From Paraphysomonas bandaiensis (Eukaryota; Protista; Chrysophyceae): DNA of 15,049 nucleotides. Under the pieces are notes generated by a model. It was not told where the DNA came from. It saw only the letters and a list, made by a program, of their open reading frames with translations, and did no database searches. The stretch lies in NCBI GenBank assembly GCA_965644295.1, contig CBFFRP010000514.1:1-15049 (forward strand), given 5' to 3'. A program made the position numbers and the translations under genes. How positions within the stretch are numbered: the stretch's first letter is position 1; every line of letters starts with the position of its first letter. Positions 1 through 9,740 of the stretch are shown here, one piece after another.

Positions 1-109
1 AGGTCGCCTAAAACATGTCTCAGTTAACATCTATTGACGAAGGTAATAAAGCTCAACTTACGCAGAGGAGTTTTACTGCTGAAATGTATAAGTTTCTCAT
101 GCGTGTGCT

Positions 110-433
110 TTGAAGAAGTTTCTTCGTTTGTTGGAGGAAGATTTTACTCCCTTGCCTGACGATCCTGCCGAGTATTCGATTATGGAAGACCGCAGTCCTG
201 ATCCCTTATATCGGACATTGAATGCTCTTACTTGTCCAGATACACTGGATGAAATGATTCAAATCGTTACTAATATTCGCCGCAAGAGAATGGATATTTT
301 AAACGAGCAGCAGCATGTGGCGGCTCGAACAGCCGAACTGGAGACTTCACGGAATCATGACCATCTCACTGAAACCAATTCATTTCCGTCGGCTGATTTA
401 ACACTTCTTCCTGCATCGTCTGTTTTTACTTAG
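110..433 (+). other. ORF of unknown function beside an LTR-like segment, possibly a retroelement accessory ORF remnant
   Basis: 107-codon frame starting at TTG. An upstream ATG frame at 15-113 (MSQLTSIDEG...MYKFLMRVL) would join it if one T were added in cttt at about 108-111. No recognisable domain. Confidence 0.25.
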
Positions 434-619
434 TGTAGCAAAATTGGGTATGACAAGTATGGGTGATTTAGGAGGTTGTTATGTCTGAAGAGTAAGATGA
501 AGTGATGTAGGTTGTAGTATGAGATGAGATGTAGATGGTAGATAAGATTAGATTAGAAGATACGAGTATTAAGGCCAGATATAGGGTTGGAGTGTACCGT
601 GACTATCCGTATATACGGA

Positions 620-1018
620 TGTAACGGACGTTTATGGTAACCCGTACAGTGTTATGATGGTATACGTAGGTATTCTGTAGGATGATATAGGAGTAGATAG
701 CAGGATGTTAAGGGATTTCTATATGATTATTTCTGGAAGTAGAAAACTAGCTATTTATGGCTGGGAAACCACTTCTAGAATTAACTATATGGGAATATAG
801 GTAGAAGGATATGGAGTTTTAGATATAATAGTGAAAGTTGATATCGTAGTTGAGTTGAAAGTTAAGAAGTAGCGAAGTAAAGAGTAAGAAGAGGAAGTTA
901 AGTGAAGAGTGTTGTGAGAAGACTATCCTACCCTACATCACCTGTGCACATGGACAGGGATGATAAGACCAGCAATGTTAGTCATGATAGCGAGGTTCAA
1001 TCACCCGTAGTCGTTACA
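620..1018. mobile_element. LTR-like segment (about 400 bp)
   Basis: Begins TGTAACG (620) and ends CGTTACA (1018): TG...CA termini with a 7-bp inverted repeat. Strongly A/G-skewed non-coding sequence runs across 434-930. No TSD or PBS seen, and there is no second copy in the window. Confidence 0.45.
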
Positions 1019-1020
1019 TT

Positions 1021-1132
1021 AGTAATATTTTTTACCATCTGTTCCTTAGTAATTTCTTAGTTTGTTCCATTTCTTACATTAACTAACATTCGATACTTAG
1101 TAACACTTACATTCGACACTTAGTAACACATT
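1021..1132 (+). repeat. 112-bp direct repeat, copy 1 (identical to 4532-4643)
   Basis: agtaatattttttaccatctg...cttagtaacacatt matches copy 2 base for base. It contains an internal near-tandem unit, acattcga(t/c)acttagtaacac, twice. Confidence 0.95.
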
Positions 1133-1433
1133 ATTAAGTATTATATATAGCAGAACTCCAAAATATATCTGGACTTCACATTACATGATGGTATTCAATT
1201 GCAGTTAAGTGCGTAAATAAGAAAAATGAATACACGACTTGTGATATAATAATTATTATACTTCAAATCTTACATTTAATAATCAAATTAGTCTGTCCGT
1301 ACTCATATCGAGGTCAATAGAGAAATACAGTAATGTGCATGTGTCCACTTTTCTCGAGAAGTAACTTGATAACAACCATGCGCCCTCAGCAGCACACAGG
1401 ACAGAAAAACAAATGACAAAAACGACCTCCTAC

Positions 1434-2471
1434 TTATGCCATGTACTCACTATAATTGCATTGAGAATCTCCAAGCGGGCACAAGCCTCCTTTCCCGGCA
1501 ATGGACCACCACTGGTCATTTGTCATACTCCCGACATAGGACATGGCGGTAACCTGTAGCTGCATTCGGTTAAGATTAGTGGTTCCAAGCAATGGAATAA
1601 ATTCTAGTGGGTGAGAGAGAAGCCAGACCAATGCAACAACTCCTTCGTCTTCGATTCCCATCTCTTTCCCTACCTGGCCCAGGGCCCGCAAGATAGAGAG
1701 CTGCCTCGTACCCTTGCGCACGAAGAGGCGGTTAAGGCCTCCTACAGGGTCACCACCAAGAGGACACCATGCAAGTGGGTGCAGACCTAACTTGTACGCA
1801 TGGTCAGCAATAGCATTGTCGTAGTTCATATAACTCGGGTTCCACACGCTCGCCTCGAACTCATGCGTGACGAGTTTGATACTTCCACCAGACAAATCAT
1901 CGAGTGTGCTCTGCAGCAGATCAAATTTAGAGGGATAATGATTCGACACACCAAAGTGAAGAACTTTCCCCGCAGCTCTCATATCTACGAAGAATTGGGA
2001 TACTTCAGTTGCATTCATGAAGGAGTTAGAATAGTGAAGGAGGAGGATATCAAGGTGATCAGTCTGCAAAACATTGAGGTACCAGTCCAGCGTGTTTTGT
2101 AAATGTTCGCGAGATGTGTCGATTGCATTCGGAAAAATAATATCCATCTTGCCGACGATCGTCACTTGGTCGCGGAGGCCTGTCTTGGCTAGAGCTTGTC
2201 CAAAAAGTGTCGCAGAGGCACCAGCATCGCCGCCTTTAACAGGGTAGACATCCGCCAAATCGAAAAGAGTGATTCCCATAGACACGGCACTCTCAATCCA
2301 TTCCTGAACTTCCTCCACGGTAGTTAATCCTGAAATCGAATCTCCCAAATGGAGAGTACCCATTCCCATCCGCGACACAGTCGGACAAGACTCATACTTA
2401 CACAGTTTTATCGTAGGAACAGAAGCGCCAAAGGAAGTGACAATAAACGTTAAAAACAGCGGAACAAACAT
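1434..2471 (-). CDS. Aldo-keto reductase, YdhF/YcsN-like, with a signal-peptide-like N-terminus (345 aa, intronless)
   Basis: First ATG is at 2471 (the track start at 2477 is GTG). AKR motifs: SRMGMGT, GITLFDLADVY (catalytic D and Y), VGK (K), TDHLDILLLH (H), GKVLHFGVSN, AWCPLGG, IPLLGT. These closely parallel E. coli YdhF as I recall it (TDHLDLLLIH, GKVRHFGVSN, AWSCLGGG). Confidence 0.9.
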   Translation of the reverse strand: MFVPLFLTFIVTSFGASVPTIKLCKYESCPTVSRMGMGTLHLGDSISGLTTVEEVQEWIESAVSMGITLFDLADVYPVKGGDAGASATLFGQALAKTGLRDQVTIVGKMDIIFPNAIDTSREHLQNTLDWYLNVLQTDHLDILLLHYSNSFMNATEVSQFFVDMRAAGKVLHFGVSNHYPSKFDLLQSTLDDLSGGSIKLVTHEFEASVWNPSYMNYDNAIADHAYKLGLHPLAWCPLGGDPVGGLNRLFVRKGTRQLSILRALGQVGKEMGIEDEGVVALVWLLSHPLEFIPLLGTTNLNRMQLQVTAMSYVGSMTNDQWWSIAGKGGLCPLGDSQCNYSEYMA

Positions 2472-2558
2472 CTTCACTAACAGGGGAATTTATAAAGTAT
2501 CAGCAAGGTGGTTTGACTTAATTAAGCACACAACAAACACCTCCGACCTGCTACATGC

Positions 2559-2586
2559 TACATACATACACATACATACATACTAC

Positions 2587-2617
<31 letters not shown>

Positions 2618-2733
2618 CATACATACATACATACATACATACATACATACATACATACATACATACATACCTACCTACCTACCTACCTACCTACCTACCT
2701 ACCTACCTACATACATACATACATACATACATA
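2559..2733. repeat. Compound microsatellite (ATAC)n-(CTAC)n-(ATAC)n
   Basis: Directly visible; the CTAC core lies at about 2668-2710. Confidence 0.97.
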
Positions 2734-3060
2734 AAATGAGTGCATGTGAAGCTTTTTGCTGCAACTGTGAATCAACGTATTCTCTGTATACTGTGTATAT
2801 GGTATACATAGGTATACGTGTGCGTATAAGAGCGTATATCTCTGAGTGACTTCGAAGTGAATGTGATGTGGATATATGCATATATGAGTACATGATTCAG
2901 AGGCTCTGCTGCTGCCTCTACTCACAGACACGAGTGAGGACTATCAGCAGTGTGTGGTCATAGTGGTGTATAGTGGTGTGTGCTCCTCATGAGGAGAGAG
3001 ACTCGTATGATCACATGAATAATACCGCAGCAGATACACACATATACATGCATAGACCGC

Positions 3061-4531
3061 ATGGAGCACCCTGAATAGCCATATAGCTGAACCAGAAGCC
3101 TTCACCACTAATGCGCTCCTCTCGAAGGAGTCCTCGAGAGCGCCGGTGTCGGTCATGATTGGCAGACAGCTGGACCATGAGAAGAGTGACGTGTTATCGA
3201 AACGCGTGGAGGTAAAGTCTCCTGATGCACGATAACCTGATGTGAACCTTTGTCGCAGGCGCTTAATGCCAGCAACACTGGGCTTCGAACTGGCGCTGAA
3301 AGGAATGAGAAAGATACTCAACATCGTTCTGTATTTTCAGGTTTGTCTTTTACTCTCGGCATTATTAGCTTTTACATAACTTAGCGTGAAATGGAAATGA
3401 AAGACGACATTATTGGAGATTAAACGAGGAATTGGTTATGAAGGAGGGCCAAGTCCGTGCTGAAGTTAGTATGTTTCAGAACTTGGTATTTGCTGTAACC
3501 ACAGTTCAGACAGACAGGTTAAAGAAGTACGAAGCTGAGATATATGCTGTGAAAGCTGAGTATGAGGATACTATTGCCTCCCTTACCTCGAAGCTTGAAA
3601 GGGCAGAGAATGAGCTGCAGAACTTGGACAGTTACAAGCGCGACAAGGCGAGTCACGACAGGAAACTTGCCCAGGTAGAAAACGAATTACAAATGGAAAA
3701 ACATCAGACAGTAGTTTTATTAGAAGACCAAGAGCGGTATGGGTGGGACGTGTGAGCCTATATGCAGTATGATATATGTGCAGGAAATTTTTGGAGAGAA
3801 AAGCCCAGATGATGAAAGAAATAGAAGATCAGAAATACTCGTATAGAGAGTCGGCTCTGAAAGAAGCGCGAGAGACCATGGACGCCGAATCGAGAAAGCT
3901 CGTTGTCGAAAACAAGCGCATCAGCGAAGAGCTGAAGTTTCACAATGCTATCTCTTTCGAATACCAGGTTGAGAAAGACAGTTTGGAGGCTTCACTTGTA
4001 ACCGCCCGAAGAGAGGTCACTCTATTAACTGAGAAGGAACTAGAGTATGCACGGCAGAACTTTCTTAAGACTAAAGAGATCAAGACCCTTCGTGAACGTG
4101 TAGAGCAGTTAGAGAAAGCACAAATACGAGTATCGAGAATACAACGCACGCACGAAAGAGCTTAAGGACAGCATAAGTAAGGAAATGGAAGACGCTACCC
4201 TAGACGCAACAGGATTGCGCTGACTGATTATGATTAAGAACAAGGAGTTGCGCCACCTGAAGACCCTTGCTGCTTCAATCCTTGATCAGCGCAGTGAGAT
4301 GGAGCAGTTCTTTTTGGACGCCTTGGCAGAAGTCAAACATACCGTGCAGGAGAGGAAGCACAAGTCTCATACCGAGGCGATGAAGGGTTATAATTAGAAG
4401 AGGGCGAGAAGCGTCAGGCAATGGGGCAAGAAGCCGACTGGATTACCCGCACAGGCAAGAACGTTTCCGAGGATAAACATAAACCGTATACACCACCTGG
4501 AGGACCGTGGAGATGAATCTAACTTGCCGAC
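3061..4531 (+). pseudogene. BBOF1: Basal body orientation factor 1 (BBOF1/CCDC176) homolog, disrupted and 3'-truncated
   Basis: Coiled-coil protein with BBOF1-like segments ER|KFLERKAQ, ENKRISEELKFH and IKNKELRHLKTLAASILDQRSEMEQFFLDALAEVK. GT-AG introns at 3212-3258, 3341-3384, 3465-3509 and 3737-3783. Frameshifts near 3320, 3417 and 4120-4140; in-frame TGA at 4221-4223 and TAG at 4395-4397. The frame runs into the 112-bp repeat at 4532. The start position is uncertain. Confidence 0.8.
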
Positions 4532-4643
4532 AGTAATATTTTTTACCATCTGTTCCTTAGTAATTTCTTAGTTTGTTCCATTTCTTACATTAACTAACAT
4601 TCGATACTTAGTAACACTTACATTCGACACTTAGTAACACATT
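4532..4643 (+). repeat. 112-bp direct repeat, copy 2, at the BBOF1/gag junction
   Basis: Identical to 1021-1132; lies exactly between two truncated coding regions. Confidence 0.95.
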
Positions 4644-5400
4644 TTGCCACATTTGGGATAGCTGCACACCTCATTTTCATCAGCAGTGGAATTCATGTTT
4701 ACTTCGTCGGTGCCTTCTTTCGGGACACCTTTTGCCTGATCGTATCTCCTGCATATGGTGATCATATCAATAAAGGTTATGTCACCTTGTAGGTAGAGAT
4801 TGGTGTACAATTGCTCCAAATCGCTTCGTGTTTCGAGGGCAGTCTGTAGCTTCGTTTTTTTAGCGATGTCAGTGGGTGGTTCCCCCAACTCGGACATTTT
4901 TTGACAGATGCCGTTTAGTCGATCGATTGCTGCGCACACGAGTTCCCCCGGTAGAATTTTGAATCCTGCAAACTTCTTATTCAATTCAACTAATTCATAT
5001 TGGATTTCCCTCGAAACCGAACAATTAACCTAGAGATGAGTTCACTCGCTAACTGCTCTTTATCAGGATGGTCCTGCGGGAGCATATCCTTTTCCCGGAA
5101 GTACTGATCCACGATCTCAAGGGCTTCAGCGACTGGTTGAACAGCTTCAAATGTCGAACTGATGCACGTGTCTTTCCTCTCCAGCCACTTGTCCAGATCC
5201 TCCTTGTACATATTTCGGACTGTCACTGGCGCATTATTTGCTGGCCTTACTGGACGGTCCTCTAGACCCAGATGGTTTCTGTTCTTCCTCATTAACCACA
5301 CTTTCAGATTCTTTGACCAATTCACTACACCGAACTGATCAAATTTGGGAAGAAGTTTCCACTCCGAACTACTGTCTGCTACCATGTTAGAAAGTGACAT
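4644..5400 (-). mobile_element. Truncated Ty1/copia LTR-retrotransposon gag (UBN2-type), pol absent
   Basis: ATG at 5400 (MSLSNMVADSSSEWKLLPKF...VNWSKNLKVWL). Track ORFs 4990-5427 and 4631-4984 join if one G is added at cgaggg near 5008, giving RFRGEIQYELVELNKKFAGFKILPGELVCAAIDRLNGICQKMSELGEP, a typical copia Gag/UBN2 pattern. It ends mid zinc knuckle (CSYPKCGK) at the repeat. Confidence 0.75.
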
Positions 5401-5760
5401 TTTTAGTAATAATACCTTGATTAACACTTATATAGAATATTATATAATTATGAGAGATACCATACTTCATTCATTGACGTTCACCAACTCTTTCTATCTC
5501 TACTACACCAACCATTTCTAGTACGATCTTACATCGTCACTATCTTGTACAGTCAGTATATTTCAGCTTCATCACTACAATGGCTATCATATTATTGGTT
5601 CTCATACTACAGCTAGCTACTACTGTATTCTTTGAGTAACGGATATAATTCTAATATCTTGGAAACTACAGCTTTTAATTGCTCACAAACAGCAAAACTC
5701 AACACAGTATCCTCAAATAGTTAGGGAATAAAGGCAAGAAAACATCTAAATTTCTGCTTT
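5401..5760 (-). mobile_element. Probable 5' leader/LTR of the copia remnant
   Basis: Non-coding sequence directly upstream of gag, purine-skewed on the element strand like 434-930. Boundaries and PBS not resolved. Confidence 0.3.
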
Positions 5761-6037
5761 GTCCTTCCTTAAGTCAAACTCTAACCTCTGACATAAAAAT
5801 GGCAATTTGGGCATTTGACTGACCGGCAGTTATTAATTAGACATAGAAACAAACCACACTACTAAGCATACTAATCTACACAAGATATATATCTGCATGT
5901 CGTGTATTACCGGCAGGCACCGGATACCATCTTTCAAATGTTCATCTAAACCAAAATACGGACTTCCAGGCTATCTATTCAGCTAATTTAACTTTGAATG
6001 TGTTTAACAGTTTCTAACTACTAAGGCATACCTGCAA

Positions 6038-7044
6038 TTACGAAAGGTGAAGGTCAGACATATTCTGGTGTTGAGGGGTAGGATGTTGCTGCAGTTGCGG
6101 CTGAACACGTGACTGATGTGGAGGAAGGTTATGCTGGGATTGCATAAATTGTGGTTTGGTAATAGATTCTCCTCCTGGTGCGGCAGAGGAGGGGCGAAGG
6201 TGAGGGGTCGCGGAGAGTGATAACTGGTGCGGGGTTGTCTGTGGGATAAGTGGGGGAGGCGGTAGTGTATGCTGAGCAAACTCACATCACTCACACATAA
6301 AAAAGTGTACTTACGAACCCAGAATGCATGTATGCGTTGGTATCAAACATTTTAAAGGAGAAATGGATTACACCTCATGAAAACAATTGTCCTACCTCGC
6401 TCTTTCCAGGTGCCATCATAGGAGACCCATGATCTGCTAGAAATCCCATCCCTGGGGGGATGTCTGGAGGATCAAAAGGCGCGAAGCTCTGAGGAATCAT
6501 GGACTTTGCTTGGGCAGATTCTTTCCTGGACGGTTTCTTCTCGGGCCGCTCGCCCTTAACCGAGTCCCGATATTTGGAGAGGTATATCTTAAGCGGGTCT
6601 ACATACTTATCGAACCCAAGCGTGCTCATTGCCCTGTAAGAATACCATCAAGTCATACAAGTATGTGTGCTTTTATGGTACCATAGCAAGTCGTCCCCAT
6701 TTATCGTCTTACGCTTCTCCTGCTGGCATTTGTCACTGGCCTCACTTGTAATAAAGGAGATAAATTCAGAGACGCACTCTTGAATACTCTCTTTCGATTC
6801 CTTTGCTATCTTGGCATTATTGGGCAAAACTTTCTTCATTATGCGAGCAATATTTGCAATAGGTAAAAATCTAGCGCGACACTAAGCATGAGAAGTCATG
6901 CTGCAAGAAATATATATCTCACCTGTCCTGCTCGCGAATTTCAATCTCCTTGTACGTTACACCCTCCTCACCTCCTTCGTCCCCATTCTCCTCTCCACCA
7001 TCGAAGCGCTCATTATCTACTTCCAGGTCCGGATCATCCATCAT
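6038..7044 (-). CDS. NFYB: Nuclear transcription factor Y subunit B (NF-YB/HAP3), histone-fold, with acidic N-terminus and P/Q-rich C-terminal tail
   Basis: Exons 7044-6923, 6870-6682, 6633-6396, (6350-6315) and 6271-6038. Spliced core: [91 protein letters not shown]. Introns 6871-6922, 6634-6681 and 6272-6314 are GT-AG; intron 6351-6395 ends in AA. The 3' exons are less certain: without splicing the frame stops at 6375. Confidence 0.92.
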
Positions 7045-7619
7045 TAAATATGCGGTTGTCAGTTGCTAGAAGGCAACCCCTTCTTTAGATAACGCGCAAC
7101 GTTTAATATACGCTCGAGCAGTATACTTCAACTGTATTTGCAAAAGTAAAGTAGCGACACTGTCTGTGTGGCACTCTGCTAGACAATAAATTAAATTACT
7201 CGACGAATATGGAGCGAGTTGCTGATATATACATACACCTGCGTCTCGTTTATCATCTGCAGGTGTGCCGCTACTGCTATATCATATACTGTACAATACT
7301 GCCGTGTACGTGGTTTTGCAGATGGATAAAACCCTAGTTTTTATGTCGCTAGGAATTCCTATGTGGGCACTGTACAGCAGTATACTATGAGCGTAGCAGT
7401 CATAGATATGTTGAGTTAGTAATTAAGTATATATACGATGATGTACAGAGTATGTCATATGGAAACGAAGAACTCGTTTGAAGATGTCATCTGCGATGAT
7501 GACAGTGATGACATATTATAGCGCTGACTGGCATTTCACAGCGAGCTGTTGTGGCATAAACTTTTCTAGTTGCAATTGCATCTGGATAGCGGCTTGTGGT
7601 TCATTGAGAGCACAGAAAA

Positions 7620-8520
7620 GTTATAGTGGTGCGTCGTTCCGGATGTGAACGGACCCAGTTGATGGGATGGCGTGTGGTGGTAAGGGCGGGGGGGGCACTC
7701 ATAGAAGATGCCCTGGGTGCTTGGCGCCAAGTGCACTGCGTGTGCTGGATAGGGCTTCTTGAGCTCTGATTAGGACGGCTTGACAGTCCGTCCAGATGGG
7801 GGTAGTATTGTGGGAGGGTTGGTGAGCGTGAGGGTAGCGGTGGCTACAAGGATTTCATAGGTGTAGGAGTAGTCGTCAGGAAGGTCCGTTCGGGCCGGTA
7901 TAAGTCGTAGGGTCTTGGTTTTGCGATTTCCCCAATGGTATTCAGGTGGGAACTATACTATCGCAGCATACTATCGCTTGTATAAGGGAATGTGCTAGTC
8001 CTGGCTGCCTTTCTAGTGCGATTGCTCTTGCACCGTGTGCCACTTTTGAAGCTAAGCTGGTTAAAAAATTTTGAAGGCTGAGCCCCTTATATGAGGTGGG
8101 TAGGTGTATAAGTGTATCCATGAGGTAGACGGAGCACTGCGCACACCACTTGGGCGAATTCTTTTCGATTGCGAGATGTTTGGTGTTTGTCCTTGAGGTT
8201 TTGGTGACTTTGTATAGTGGAGTGGGTAGGACTTGTATATTGAGGACAAGGAGTTTACAGCCCGGGGTGGCACATTTATATCGGAGATATGTGGTGACGG
8301 TGGCTATATGTAGTCTAGGTACCATTTGTGGGAGGCAGTATCAGTGGCTGTGAAACGTGTATCTGTAAGCCGATCTACGTAGAATTGATGGTGGTGTGAA
8401 TGGCAGTGTCGTGTGGTTCCCATTTCTGGTCGCGGATGGTGACGGAGGATTGTTTAGCAAGCATCGATTCTACTGCAATATGTGGAGTCCATACGTAAGT
8501 ACGTCCTCCGCGACCAACAA
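7620..8520 (-). mobile_element. Degenerate non-LTR (LINE-like) retrotransposon ORF2 fragment: RT C-terminus plus RNase H
   Basis: Minus-strand pieces in the expected order: ST*IGLQI (YLG-like RT motif, about 8370), LIHLPTSYKGLSL (LYLPxxxGGLGL-like, about 8075-8113), YTYEILVA, PIWTDCQAV (about 7773-7800) and PINWVRSHPE (about 7637-7666), which are RNase H-like motifs. There are multiple stops, frameshifts and an apparent internal deletion. Confidence 0.6.
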
Positions 8521-8635
8521 AAGTTATATGTCGTAATGCTAACATATTAATGACAGGTAGAATCTACCAAAAACATTAATACCTGAATGGATGGTGGTTA
8601 TTTTTGGCTTTGGTTTTTGTTGCTTTTTTTCCTAG

Positions 8636-8996
8636 TTGGAATGTTACGTATCCCAGAGTTTGGCCACGCCGGTGTGGGGGTTACGGCGGCTTGAATGGTC
8701 GCATGGCGATTGGACCGTGTGATATCATGCACGCGTATGGAGTGCGAAACTACAAGGCGTTGTCATACAACAAGTTCAGGGCCCCCATACATTCCGAATC
8801 ATTCTTGAAATACTGCTTGGGATTTACGCCCCAAATCAAAATTTCTGTTGCCATGCGCGTGCGTTCCAATCACACCGTCGTGAAGGGCAATGATCGTATA
8901 GTTTTTCAACACTATCCCCCATACATTCCGGTTTTCCGCAAGTTGACCGAGTCCTTACACAAACACCAATCACAACAACAAATCACCGGCGTGTGA
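8636..8996 (+). pseudogene. C-terminal fragment of the same uncharacterised family as 10684-11907
   Basis: YGGLNGRMAIGPCDIMHAY...IHSESFLK...RVR parallels YGGVCDRLAVGLAEDMNVY...NSEWIM in the downstream gene. It is preceded by a pyrimidine tract and AG (8634-8635); no N-terminal half is visible. Confidence 0.5.
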
Positions 8997-9711
8997 CTCG
9001 CCCATCAACCGTATCCTTATAACAAATAAACCTTTTCGATACAGTCACTTGTTTGCATTCGTCGACCATGTCCTTTTGTACCAAACCTACACGATTATAA
9101 CAAGGAAACGTTATTTTATGTGGTCTGCTCGACATATGTCCACGACAATCGATGCGCCTCGTTGCTACACAAAGTGAATGTTATGGAAATGGCCGAACAG
9201 GAACCTATTCAATCTGATACTCGAAGCACTTTCTCAACTTGACTGTACGAAACTTGTACTATTCGATACTGTTTTTAGTGTATTGCTTATTATCCCCGTC
9301 AGATATTTGTGTCTATGTAAGAGTTTAAGAGTGCTTGAACTGTTCGTGAAGCTTAAGTAATTTGCTATTTTCTCGTTGTCTTGTTCAGCACCAGATAGCT
9401 GCACCCGGTATGAAACCCCTGGTTCGGGCATATTGGGGTACAAACTCTTGATTGACAAGAATAATAAGTGATTTTTGTATTTTTGTAGAACGATCAAGCT
9501 AGATTTCAATAGTCAAGTTGTGATACATCATAGTGAGAGAAGAATACAAGGAAACCCATCAACGGTGTTCTTATAATAATGCAAAAAAATCGGTCCACTC
9601 CCAAAAATTGGCCTCCCACATTTACTGAGAAAAGTCCCATATACCGGTGACCGGTGAGGCATCTTAGGAAGGAATTTGGCACCTTTGTCAAATAACACAA
9701 GATCACCAGGT

Positions 9712-9740
9712 TGATGCACTCCTATCTGATGCACTCCTAT
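9712..9740. repeat. 14-bp direct repeat tgatgcactcctat x2
   Basis: Copies at 9712-9725 and 9727-9740. Confidence 0.85.

Noticed and set aside
1021-1132. CRISPR-like array
   Set aside because: There is no regular repeat-spacer period and no cas genes, and the context is eukaryotic.
2437-2931. ORFs with YIHT/YLPT/CMYV repeats
   Set aside because: They are translations of the ATAC/CTAC microsatellite.
4221-4397. Stop-codon reassignment or readthrough in BBOF1
   Set aside because: The gene also has frameshifts and a truncation. Other genes have no internal stops, and the kinase terminates at TAG.
4984-5012. Programmed frameshift in gag
   Set aside because: It falls mid-Gag in a short G run; a deletion or nanopore error is simpler.
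6004-6294. 96-aa minus-strand ORF as a separate gene
   Set aside because: It is an alternative frame over the NF-YB last exon and intron.
7328-7336. Telo-box-like aaaccctag upstream of NF-YB
   Set aside because: A single short match could occur by chance.
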